A DNA stretch of 64,000 nt from Thermoanaerobaculia bacterium (GTDB lineage: Bacteria; Acidobacteriota; Thermoanaerobaculia; Multivoradales; Multivoraceae). The translations under genes were made by a program, and so were the position numbers. Each line of letters begins with the position of its first letter. The stretch's first letter is position 1. The stretch is taken from positions 1,729,450 through 1,793,449 of the forward strand of contig OZ220482.1 of NCBI GenBank assembly GCA_965116145.1, read 5' to 3'. The notes under the pieces were generated by a model, which was not told where the DNA came from, did no database searches, and saw only the letters and a list, made by a program, of their open reading frames with translations. Below are positions 27,201-35,674 of this stretch, piece by piece.

Positions 27201-28885
27201 ATCCGATCGCCTACGCCTGGGCACGCAAGGCCGACGAGCCGTCGCCTGCGCTGCCGGGCGGCACAGCTCTGAACCAGGCGCGTCTGACGTTCACGACGGC
27301 GGCGCCGGGCACGTACACGATGACGGTGACGGCATCGGACGGCAACGGCAACGCGGACACCGAGGAGGTCGTCGTCACGGTGAGGCAGGCAAACCCGGTT
27401 GGCGACGGTTCCGGCGGAGGCGGTAACGGTCCGCCGGTCAATCCGGGCGGCAATGGCGGGGGCAGCAGCGGCGGTGGCGGTCCGGGCGGAAACGACGGTT
27501 CCAGCGGCGGCGGGTCCGGCCCACCTGGCGACCCGGGCGGGAATGGCGGCGGCAACGGTGGTCCTGCCGGGGGTGGAAGCGGTTCAGGTGGAAACGGCGG
27601 CGCCACGGGCGCTGGCAGCGGTGGCGCTGGCGGCGGCACGAACGATGACAGTGACAATGACGATGACGACGACGATGATGATGACGACCGCGCTGGCCCA
27701 GGCGGCAACGGCGCCGGCGGTTCCGGCGGCGGTTCAGGCGGTGCCGGCGAGGCCGTGCGCGCCTCCTTCACCCTGGACGCTCCCTGCGCCGATGGCCTCT
27801 GCCGTGCGCGGACCGGCGTCCCCCTGTCGTTCCTGGACAGAAGCAGCGGGGCGGTGACCTCGCGGACCTGGAACCTCGGGGACGGCACGACGTCCCGCAG
27901 CCGTTCGCTGGAGCACGCCTGGTCCGTGCCCGGGTTCTACACGGTGTCGCTGACCGTCAGCGGTCAGGGTCCTTCCTCGACCGTATCCCGCAAGGTGCTG
28001 GTCGAGGCGGCCGACCCGGTCGGCGCCTGCGCGGCGGACGGCGAGACGCTGTGCCTTCAGGACTCCCGGTTCTCGGTGAAGATGGACTGGTGGACCGAGC
28101 ACGGTGCGGACGGCGAGCGTGGGGCGGGCAAGGTGGTCCACGAGGGGACGAACGACTCGGGGCTGTTCTGGTTCTTCTCGGCGGTGAACTGGGAGCTGCT
28201 GGTCAAGGTGCTCGACGGCTGCTCGGTCAACGGCCGCATGTGGGTGTACGGCGCCTCGGCGACGACCCTGGGCTATTCACTCAAGGTGACGGACACGGTG
28301 ACGGGCGCGGTGCAGGAGTACCGGAACGAACCGGGCAGGCAGGCTGAAGCGTTCACCGACAGCGCGGCCTTCCCCGGAAGCTGCACCGCGCCCGCGGCGG
28401 CGACTGCGGCCGCGGACGCCAGCGCCTTGCCACTGGTGGCCGAGCCGTTGCCCGAACCGGCGCCGGCGGTGCACCATCTCGCCGTCGCCACTGTCTCGGT
28501 CGCCGCGCCGGCGGAGGACGACGGCTGCACCGACACGGCAACCGCGATGTGCCTCCAGAAGGGCCGCTACGAGGTGACTGTTACGTGGTCGAACCTTGAC
28601 GGCAGGAGCGGCAAAGGCCGCACGGCCGGTCCGCGGACGGACGATTCCGGCCTGTTCCACCTCTTCTCGTCGGCGAACTGGGAGATCCTGGTCAAGGTGC
28701 TCGACGGCTGCAGCTTCAACGATCACCACTGGGTGTTCGCCGCCTCCGCCACGGACGTCGGCTTCGACCTGCGGGTCCGCGACACGGCGACCGGCCGGAC
28801 CCGGCAGTACACCAAGCAGCCAGGCAAGCCGGCCCGTGCGCTGGTCGACGTGTCCGCGTTCCCGGACGCGTGCCGGCAGCAGTAG
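24230..28885 (+). CDS. giant metzincin-type zinc metalloprotease with Calx-beta, Ig-like, FN3, PKD domains and duplicated C-terminal domain (paralog 2)
   Basis: Signal peptide MKSAPLIPWPARCSCVLGCLLAAGLLAAPAGS. HEIGHNLGIMHQ is present. FN3 (LTATAASGQVTLAWTEP...YSFQVRAANADGDGD) is present. A poly-Asp DDDDDDDDDD run is present. The C-terminal 375 aa are about 94% identical to paralog 1. Confidence 0.85.
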   Translation: MKSAPLIPWPARCSCVLGCLLAAGLLAAPAGSQQPADHRGHGWCTVGSEPERSGLVDVASRSQGRGSLLLPPVELVAEQTATGSSEITILFFYTQEFLDAARGADAAARRKTIRTQIRKSVDLANEALRNSDIDATVRTVGLEKNLDLPNGRDAAIDWIRNNKFAKKRRNQKAADLVYGLVHSRESFGYACLPDREEGRRWHSEMCHYGLLMSERGVYGAERWPTLLRHEIGHNLGIMHQLGAPVYKRYKGLAAGARAYLSPRGSSRWGTIMTSWASDYLEVPRYSTSRARWQGRVIGHRGVHEASSVMRQTVKYVSTYRSAAAAGGVRTVPKVSLPTSLSVEEGDDVEVEVTLDLAFGEPVTFNVIYGGSASGASSPADGDYDNDEVTSVTFLTIETSKTIRIPITDDDEDESDETITVTIVPSGTLPTGYGLGNLKTTVTITDNDGLVLGDLADVTVRPGDTVDITAQATDDDNDPISYAWTRKPGETSPAIPQGTALDRARLTFTASAVGTYTMTVTASDSAGDKATENVTITVRAAPPAPPTGLTATAASGQVTLAWTEPTDEGITGYKMRYGRTSARDSAAWASISGSGAGTTSHTVAGLDNGSEYSFQVRAANADGDGDATDWVKATPIAVSLRIADVTAAEGGTFAFVVTADPVPAADVSFSYTVTAESGDTATADTDFTAVTRAKAVIATGETSTSITVAVTDDGLDEPDETFTVTLSAPSDGATIGAATATGTITDDDASPVLSLIADRTVKVGQAVTITAVATDGDNDPIGYAWTRAASETLPPLPGGTALDRARLTFTAPAVGTYTMTVTANDGNGNEDTEEVTITVGTADTVSLPSSLSVTEGTDSSAALRITASAALGESVTLSVTYSDTTATGAADPAAGDYGSNAVRSVPFGPADTVQDIAIPITDDDLDEPAETFTVTISVSGELPEGFILGNAATTVTIVDDDESPVLSPITDLAVTVGQVVDITAAARDGDNDPIAYAWARKADEPSPALPGGTALNQARLTFTTAAPGTYTMTVTASDGNGNADTEEVVVTVRQANPVGDGSGGGGNGPPVNPGGNGGGSSGGGGPGGNDGSSGGGSGPPGDPGGNGGGNGGPAGGGSGSGGNGGATGAGSGGAGGGTNDDSDNDDDDDDDDDDRAGPGGNGAGGSGGGSGGAGEAVRASFTLDAPCADGLCRARTGVPLSFLDRSSGAVTSRTWNLGDGTTSRSRSLEHAWSVPGFYTVSLTVSGQGPSSTVSRKVLVEAADPVGACAADGETLCLQDSRFSVKMDWWTEHGADGERGAGKVVHEGTNDSGLFWFFSAVNWELLVKVLDGCSVNGRMWVYGASATTLGYSLKVTDTVTGAVQEYRNEPGRQAEAFTDSAAFPGSCTAPAAATAAADASALPLVAEPLPEPAPAVHHLAVATVSVAAPAEDDGCTDTATAMCLQKGRYEVTVTWSNLDGRSGKGRTAGPRTDDSGLFHLFSSANWEILVKVLDGCSFNDHHWVFAASATDVGFDLRVRDTATGRTRQYTKQPGKPARALVDVSAFPDACRQQ
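27752..28885. repeat. direct repeat copy B: near-identical 1.14-kb 3' end of the metalloprotease genes
   Basis: Pairs with 22860..23999. Confidence 0.8.
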
Positions 28886-28971
28886 CTCAGCCGGACGGCC
28901 ACTCCCTGACCTCGACTGCCGCCATCGGGTAGTCCTTCACGTCGGCAGTGGCCGCGGCAATCGCCCCGGGA

Positions 28972-29220
28972 TCAGCCTGAACGCCGCCGGTCGCCGCGCC
29001 GCTGGCTCCGCACCCACTCGGCCGGGTCGTCGTCCCAGTCGCGGCCTGTGTCCGGAATGCCGCCAAGTGCCGCTTCGATGTCGTCCCAACGCCGCTGGTC
29101 GTCGAGTCCGTCAAGTCCTCGCTGAATCAACTGCACGATGAAGGCGCTGCGCTGCCCGGGACCGGCAAGCCGGTCGACTTCGGCAACAAGCTCGTCGCCC
29201 AAGGCGATACGCAAGCGCAT
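28972..29220 (-). CDS. ribbon-helix-helix (CopG/antitoxin-like) DNA-binding protein
   Basis: MRLRIALGDELVAEVDRLAG...RSAFIVQLIQRGL is a classic RHH N-terminus. Divergent from the ATPase operon across a 174-bp intergenic region. Confidence 0.6.
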   Translation of the reverse strand: MRLRIALGDELVAEVDRLAGPGQRSAFIVQLIQRGLDGLDDQRRWDDIEAALGGIPDTGRDWDDDPAEWVRSQRRGDRRRSG

Positions 29221-29394
29221 GGATCCAAGCTACCACTCCCCGTTCGGTCTCTCGACCCGGCGCCAGCGACGGCGTGGAAGACCGGTCCACCAGAGGACGA
29301 ATCCCCGGGCACGGGGTGCTATCTTCCGTCGCGTGACCGTCAACTTGGACGATCCGTCGCCCTGCCCGCTGCCAGCCGTTGGCGAGCATGGTCG

Positions 29395-30948
29395 ATGACA
29401 GGCCAGCAGCCCATCCGGCCTCGACCGGGCGACTATCGGATCGCGGTCAAGAACTTCGGGCCGATCGTGACGGCCGAAGTCGACGTGCGGCCGCTGACGA
29501 TCTTCGTGGGCCCCAGCAACACGGGCAAGTCCTACCTGGCCGTTCTGCTCTACGTGCTGCACCGCTGTCTCGGCCGTGGGGTTCCTTACGGCTATGGCGC
29601 TGCCGGGTTCCCGGGACGCCGGGGCCGGTCCCTTGACTTCTCGGACACTCCGGCCCGGCAAGCGGTCCACCAGAGCCTGGACGAGTGGATTGCAGCAGTC
29701 CTGAGATCGGAAGCGCCGCAGGACCTGCCGGCCGATGTCGCCGCGCACCTGCATTCCGCACTCCAGGCAGCGGAGGGACTCGAAGGCAGTGTCACGTATG
29801 AGCTGAAACGCTGCTTCGGTGTCGAGGATGTCGGGGTCCTGGTTCGAAGGGCGGGGAAGGCCGCGCTGACGCACGTCTGCCTGGGCGTGCCTTGGCGGGC
29901 CGATTCCGAGGCGCGCTACGACATCGAACTCGGCTCGGAAGTGTCTCGGCTGACCGGCCGGTTTCCTCGTGTGACTTCGCTGCAGCACGACGCCACCGTC
30001 GGCGCCGCCGATTGGATCCAGCACCTGTTGCGGAGCACGCCCGCCCGCCAGGAGACTTCGTTCGCCCTTGAGAGGGTGCTCCGCTTCCTGATGGACAGGG
30101 TGGCAGCGTCCGTTCTGGGACCGTTGTACCGCAACGCATACTACCTGCCGGCGGATCGCACCGGGGTCATGCACAGTCACCAGGTTGTGGTCAGCACGAT
30201 CGTGCAGAGCGCATCCACGACCGGTCTGCGGCCTTCTCCCGACGTTCCGATGCTCTCCGGGGTGCTGACCGACTTCCTGGACCAGTTGATCGGGATCGGC
30301 GATCGCACTCGAAGACGCCGGAGCCGGTCCGGTCCTCGCGGCGGCAGAGTCCGTGCCGGCAACCTGGCCGACCTGCTGGAAGAGAACGTTCTCGAGGGAG
30401 CGGTCGTCACGGAGCGGAGCGAGACCGGCTATCCGACGTTCGCCTATCGACCGCGCGGATGGCGGGACGACATCGCACTGATGCGGGCCTCCTCCATGGT
30501 CTCGGAGCTCGCCCCCGTCGTGTTGTACCTGAGATACGTCGTGCAACCGGGAGACCTGCTGATCATCGAGGAACCGGAGGCCCATCTGCACCCGGCCATG
30601 CAGACCGCGTTCGCCCGAGAGCTGGCGCGGCTGGTTCATGCCGGTGTCCGCGTGGTCATGACCACGCACAGCGAGTGGTTCCTCGAGCAGATCGGCAACC
30701 TGGTCAGGGCTGGCACACTCCCCAGAAAGAAACGAACGAGGATTCCAGGCGCGGAGTTCGCCCTGGATCCCGGGCAGGTGGGCGCCTGGCTCTTCAGACC
30801 CTCCAAACGGCCACGGGGGTCGATCGTTGAAGAGGTCCGGTTCGACCCTGAGTCCGGTCTCTTCCCCACCGACTACGACCAGGTAAGCGAAGCGCTGTAC
30901 AACGAAAGCGCTCTCATGTTCAACAGCTTGCAGGAAGCCGGCCAGTGA
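29395..30948 (+). CDS. AAA_15/AAA_21-type ATPase (OLD/Septu PtuA-like) with C-terminal extension
   Basis: Walker A GPSNTGKSY and Walker B LLIIEEPEAHLHP are present. The roughly 90-aa C-terminal tail resembles the DUF3696-type tails seen on some AAA_21 proteins (uncertain). Confidence 0.75.
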   Translation: MTGQQPIRPRPGDYRIAVKNFGPIVTAEVDVRPLTIFVGPSNTGKSYLAVLLYVLHRCLGRGVPYGYGAAGFPGRRGRSLDFSDTPARQAVHQSLDEWIAAVLRSEAPQDLPADVAAHLHSALQAAEGLEGSVTYELKRCFGVEDVGVLVRRAGKAALTHVCLGVPWRADSEARYDIELGSEVSRLTGRFPRVTSLQHDATVGAADWIQHLLRSTPARQETSFALERVLRFLMDRVAASVLGPLYRNAYYLPADRTGVMHSHQVVVSTIVQSASTTGLRPSPDVPMLSGVLTDFLDQLIGIGDRTRRRRSRSGPRGGRVRAGNLADLLEENVLEGAVVTERSETGYPTFAYRPRGWRDDIALMRASSMVSELAPVVLYLRYVVQPGDLLIIEEPEAHLHPAMQTAFARELARLVHAGVRVVMTTHSEWFLEQIGNLVRAGTLPRKKRTRIPGAEFALDPGQVGAWLFRPSKRPRGSIVEEVRFDPESGLFPTDYDQVSEALYNESALMFNSLQEAGQ

Positions 30949-31415
30949 GCGGGCCGGTGGAGGCGGTCGCCAATGCGGTCCCGCACGAATGTCACACCAG
31001 AAGCTGTCGGAGGCACGGGTGCTCCGTCTCGATGAGCGGGGCGCCGAAGCGCCGTGTGGTCATCGACCTCGACTGCGAGACGCTCTGCCTCGATGCGCAG
31101 GCACACTGTGACCTGCTGTTCGTCGGGGAAGACGAGGACGTGAGTTGGGTGGCGCCGGTCGAACTCAAGAGCGGGCATGTCAACGGCACGGCGACTGCCG
31201 CGCAGCTCCAGGGCGGCGCCAGTGTCGCAGAGGCGTGGCTTGCGAACGTTGGAGCGTTCCGGTTCGTTCCGATCCTCGTCCACGGCGGGGGAATCCACAG
31301 GGCCGAGCAGAAAAAACTGCGCCGAGCCAGGATCACGTTGCGCGGGCATTCCAGGCAGCCCGTGCTGATCCGCTGCGGCGCCCCGATCACGGCGGCGTTC
31401 ACGATGGGTACCTGA
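30945..31415 (+). CDS. small Cys/His-rich protein with putative PD-(D/E)xK nuclease core, translationally coupled to the ATPase
   Basis: GTG start overlaps the ATPase stop (GTGA). N-terminal HECHTRSCRRHGC cluster. VVIDLD...CDLLFVGEDEDVSWVAPVELK fits the D...ExK spacing. Confidence 0.5.
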   Translation: MSGPVEAVANAVPHECHTRSCRRHGCSVSMSGAPKRRVVIDLDCETLCLDAQAHCDLLFVGEDEDVSWVAPVELKSGHVNGTATAAQLQGGASVAEAWLANVGAFRFVPILVHGGGIHRAEQKKLRRARITLRGHSRQPVLIRCGAPITAAFTMGT

Positions 31416-31505
31416 CGTGACGGTCGATTCGTGCGGCGGACGCTTGCAGGCCAAGACGGCCGGAGCACCCGGCGAGCGGTCTGTCCAGGACACGCTCCAG
31501 ACCTG

Positions 31506-34130
31506 ATGGGCAAGGCTCTGATGGGCGAGCCCAGGAAACTGATCGAGGTGGCGTTGCCGCTCGATGCGATCAACGCTGCGTCGGCGCGGGAGAAGTCGAT
31601 TCGCCACGGGCATCCCTCCACCTTGCACCTGTGGTGGGCTCGGCGGCCGCTGGCGGCGGCGCGGGCGGTGATCTTCGCGCAGATGGTGGACGATCCGGGG
31701 TCCTGGATCGACGACCCCGAGGCGGCGGCGCAGGAGCGGAAACGCCTGTTTGACTTGCTCGAGAAGTTGGTGCTGTGGGAGAACACGTCCAACGAGGCGT
31801 TGCTCGATCTTGCTCGGGCCGAGATCAGGGCGAGCTGGGAGCGGACGTGTGCGGCGAACACGGGTCATCCGCGGGCAGGGGAGCTGTTCGATCCGGGGGT
31901 GTTGCCGGGGTTTCATGATCCGTTTGCGGGGGGCGGGGCGTTGCCGCTGGAAGCGCAGCGTCTGGGGCTTCTGTCCCATGCCAGTGACCTGAACCCGGTG
32001 GCGGTGCTGATCAACAAGGCGATGATCGAGGTGCCGCCGAAGTTTGCCGGGAAGGCGCCGGTGCATCCGGCGGCCCGGGGTGAGTCCCGGTTGCTGGCCG
32101 GGGACTGGCGCGGTGCGCAGGGGCTGGCGGAAGATGTGCGGCGCTACGGCCGCTGGATGCGGGACGAGGTGAAGCGTCGGATCGGCCATCTGTACCCGCA
32201 GGTGGAGGTGGCTCCTGCGATGGCGCGGGCTCGTCCGGACCTGGCGCCGTACGCTGGCCGGAAGCTGACGGTGATCGCGTGGCTGTGGGCGCGGACGGTG
32301 CGGAGTCCGAATCCGGCGTTTGCGGAGGTGGAGGTGCCCCTGGCGTCGACGTTCATGCTGTCGACGAAGAAGGGCAAGGAGGCGTACGTCGAGCCGGTGA
32401 TCGAGGGGCGGGGGTACCGGTTCGAGGTAAGGGTCGGACCGCCGCCGGATCCCGAGGCGACGAAGCGGGGGACGAAGTCCGGCGGCAGCGGCAGCCCCTT
32501 TCTGTGCCTGATGTCCGGGTCACCGATGCCGTTTGACTACCTGCGAGCGGAGGGCAAGGCAGGCCGACTGGGTTCTCGTCTCCTCGCAGTTGTCGCGGAA
32601 GGAGACAGGCAACGCCTCTACCTTGACGCGTCGGCCAGCCAGGAGCTCACGGCGATCAACGCAAGCCCCGAGTGGGCACCCGAGACCGACCTGCCGCAGC
32701 GGGCACTCGGCTTTCGCGTGCAGGAGTACGGGATGCTCCGCTGGTGTGACCTGTTCACCTCCCGCCAGCTCGTTGCGCTGACGACCTTCTCCGATCTCGT
32801 CGCCGAGGCGATGGAGCGGGTCCGCCAGGACGCCGCGGCGGCAGGTCTCGCCGACGACGGACGGCCGCTCCGCGACGGCGGTGTGGGGGCGACGGCGTAT
32901 GCCGAGGCGGTCGGCCTGTATCTGGGCCTCGCGGTGGACCGTTTGGCCGATCGTTCCTCCTCGATCTGCACTTGGGATATCGGGTTCACGAAGATACGAA
33001 ACACGTTTGCGCGGCAAGCGATCCCGATGACATGGGACCACGCCGAAGCGAATCCCCTGAGCACGTCCAGCGGCAATTGGATTTCCATGTGCGGCTGGAT
33101 CGTCAAGATTCTGGCCCAATCACAGACAAGCACTGCCGGCAGTGCGGCTCTTGCGGATGCGGGCACTCAGAACCTGAGCATCGACAAGGTCATCTCCACC
33201 GATCCGCCGTACTACGACAACATCGGCTACGCGGACCTGTCGGACTTCTTCTACGTCTGGTTACGCCGCTCGCTGAGACCGGTGTTTCCGGATCTGTTCG
33301 CAACGATGGCCGTGCCGAAGGCCGAGGAACTGGTGGCGACGCCCTACCGGCACGGCAACAAGGCCGCCGCAGAGACCTTCTTTCTCTCGGGCATGACGGA
33401 CGCGCTGCAGCGGCTTGCCGAACAGGCGCATCCCGGCTTTCCGGTCACGATCTACTACGCCTTCAAGCAGTCCGAACGCAAGGGCGACACGGGGGTGGCG
33501 AGCACCGGTTGGGAGACCTTCCTGGACGCCGCGATCCGGTCCGGTTTCGCGATCACCGGCACCTGGCCGATGCGCACCGAGCTCAGCAACCGGATGGTCG
33601 GCATGAGGACGAACGCCCTGGCCTCCAGCATCGTCCTCGTCTGCCGCCGCCGGCCTGCCGACGCTCCGGTGGCCACCCGCCGCGAGTTCCTGACCGCGCT
33701 GCGCGCCGAGCTGCCGAAGGCGCTGCGGCTGCTGCAGTCCGGCAACGTCGCGCCGGTGGACCTCGCCCAGGCCGCGATCGGACCGGGCATGGCGGCATAC
33801 ACGCGCCACGGGCCGTTGTCGGGCCCGGCTCGAAGTTCTCGCCGATCTCCGCGATGTACGCGGATCCAGCCGCTGCAATGGGGCCAGAGCGTCTTTCCCG
33901 GCGCTGTGCCGCCGGCGAGTTCCTGCACGGACTCACGCGCGGCGCGAAGACAGCGCTGCAGGCAAGGACACCGAGGCTGCCGGCACCCGGTCGCGGCGTC
34001 GCGGGTGATCGCCGGAGCAGAACAGCGTCGCGGCGTCCGGTCGGCGTTGCTTCGGCGGCCTCGGTGTCGGACCACCGGACCGGCGGCGCGTGTGCGCACC
34101 GGAGCTGAGCAGGCGCACGCCGGATCATGA
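31506..34130 (+). pseudogene. DUF1156-type DNA methyltransferase, copy 2 (intact divergent N-terminus and identical core, but C-terminally truncated after codon ...AAYTRH)
   Basis: [43 protein letters not shown]. Identity to copy 1 ends at 33811, after which the frame reads non-homologous low-complexity sequence up to 34130. Confidence 0.75.
31884..33811. repeat. inverted repeat, right arm (identical core of methylase copy 2)
   Basis: See left arm 14911..16827. Boundaries are defined by the first mismatches on both sides. Confidence 0.85.
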
Positions 34131-35674
34131 GCCAGCACACTCCGGTTCTCGTCGGCGTTGCGCAGGTTCTGCAGCGCGCCGACGACCCGGCAGCGGCGCA
34201 GGCGCCGATCGCGCTGATGATCGACGCGGTCCGGGACGCCCTGGCGGACGCCGAAGCGCCGGGCCTGCGCGGGCGCATCGATTCGGTGCGGGCGATGAAG
34301 GGCGTCTGGGGCTACCGGAACCCTGCGCTCAGGGTGGCCGAGGCGCTGGACATGTCCGGCGTCGAAACCGGGCTCTCGGTGATCGGCGGCAACCAGGTGC
34401 AGGCGGTGCTCAACCGGACCGCACTCGACATCCAGAGCGGCCGCCGCGAGGCGGTCGTCCTCTGTTCGGCCGAGTGCGGCCGGACGATGGGGCGGGCGGC
34501 GAAGGCGGGTCTGGAGCTCGACTGGCTCCAGGACGACGATCCGCCCGCGCTCCCCCACGCGAGCTACGGCGACGGCCGCTGGACCCGGCACGAAATGGAG
34601 ATGGCGCTCGGCCTCCGGCAGGCGGTGCAGTACTACTCGCTGTTCGAGATCGCGCTGCGGCGCCGGAACGGCGAGACGGTGGACGGACACCGCGCCCGCA
34701 TCGCCGAGCTCTGGGCGGGCTTCAGCAGAGTGGCGCAGGACAACCCGAATGCCTGGATCCGGAAGCCGTTCACCGCCGCCGAGATCGGCACGGTGTCTCC
34801 GGGCAACCGCGCCGTCACGTTCCCCTACACGAAGCTGATGAACGCGAACATGCGGGTCGACATGGCGGCGGCGCTGGTTGTCTGTTCGCTGGAGCGAGCA
34901 CGGGCGCTCGGTGTGCCAGGGGAGAAGATGGTCTTCCCGCTGAGCGGCGCCGACGCGGTCGACCACTACTTCGTGTCCGAGCGCGACAACCTGCACTCCT
35001 CGCCGGCGATCCGACTGGCCGGGCGCCGAGCGCTGGAACTCGCCGACATCGAGGCGGCGGACCTCGACTTCATCGATGTCTACAGCTGCTTCCCCAGTGC
35101 GGTGCAGGTTGCGGCAAGGGAACTCGACCTGGACCTGGCAGACCGTCCGCTGACGGTGACCGGCGGCCTGACATTCGGCGGCGGGCCGCTGAACAGCTAC
35201 GTGATGCACTCGATCGCCCGAACGGTCGAGCTGCTTCGGGGCAGCGACGGCGGCCGCGCCCTGGTGACCGCCAACGGCGGCATGCTGACCAAGCACTCCC
35301 TCGGCGTCTACGGTTCCGCAGAACCCGACCGGGCCTACAGCCACGAGGACCTGACCCTGGAAGTCCAGGCACTGCCGAAACGCGCCGCCGCCTTCGACGC
35401 CGCCGGACCGGCCGAGATCGAATCCTGCGCGGTGATGTTCGGCGGCGGCGCCGCCGGCGACGGCAGGTCGTCCGCTTCGTTCCGTGACGTCTACGGCAAG
35501 CGGGCGGCCCCGACCGCCGAACCGTCCGTCGCCCACCTGGCCTGCCGACTGCCGGACGGCCGCAGGACCTGGGCCAACGTCGACGATCCCGATACCCTGA
35601 ACGCAATGTGCCAACAGGAGTTCTGCGGCCGACCCGTCCACCTCGACGGCGCCGGGGCCGCCGTGTGCCGGTGA
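34127..35674 (+). CDS. thiolase-like (SCP-x/lipid-transfer-type) protein with C-terminal OB-fold/DUF35-like extension
   Basis: Thiolase-like layout with a Cys-containing N-terminal half and a Gly-rich C-terminal catalytic region. 515 aa with an extra C-terminal roughly 100 aa. Confidence 0.6.
   Translation: MSQHTPVLVGVAQVLQRADDPAAAQAPIALMIDAVRDALADAEAPGLRGRIDSVRAMKGVWGYRNPALRVAEALDMSGVETGLSVIGGNQVQAVLNRTALDIQSGRREAVVLCSAECGRTMGRAAKAGLELDWLQDDDPPALPHASYGDGRWTRHEMEMALGLRQAVQYYSLFEIALRRRNGETVDGHRARIAELWAGFSRVAQDNPNAWIRKPFTAAEIGTVSPGNRAVTFPYTKLMNANMRVDMAAALVVCSLERARALGVPGEKMVFPLSGADAVDHYFVSERDNLHSSPAIRLAGRRALELADIEAADLDFIDVYSCFPSAVQVAARELDLDLADRPLTVTGGLTFGGGPLNSYVMHSIARTVELLRGSDGGRALVTANGGMLTKHSLGVYGSAEPDRAYSHEDLTLEVQALPKRAAAFDAAGPAEIESCAVMFGGGAAGDGRSSASFRDVYGKRAAPTAEPSVAHLACRLPDGRRTWANVDDPDTLNAMCQQEFCGRPVHLDGAGAAVCR

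Larger units (their letters stand above)
16828..31883. mobile_element. candidate invertible/recombinase-associated segment bounded by the 1.92-kb inverted repeats
   Basis: The segment carries both divergent methylase N-terminal exons at its ends, two recombinases adjacent to one end, and cargo genes. See findings. Confidence 0.4.

Noticed and set aside
28887-29114. 75-aa minus ORF as a toxin partner of the RHH protein
   Set aside because: It overlaps the RHH gene in another frame, with a Thr/Gly/Ala-rich junk-like translation.
30873-32189. 438-aa minus-strand ORF and other ORFs duplicated on both arms of the inverted repeat
   Set aside because: These include 15591..16190 with 32520..33119 and 16174..16431 with 32279..32536. 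They are antisense or alternate-frame shadows of the methylase paralogs. Their duplication simply reflects the inverted repeat.
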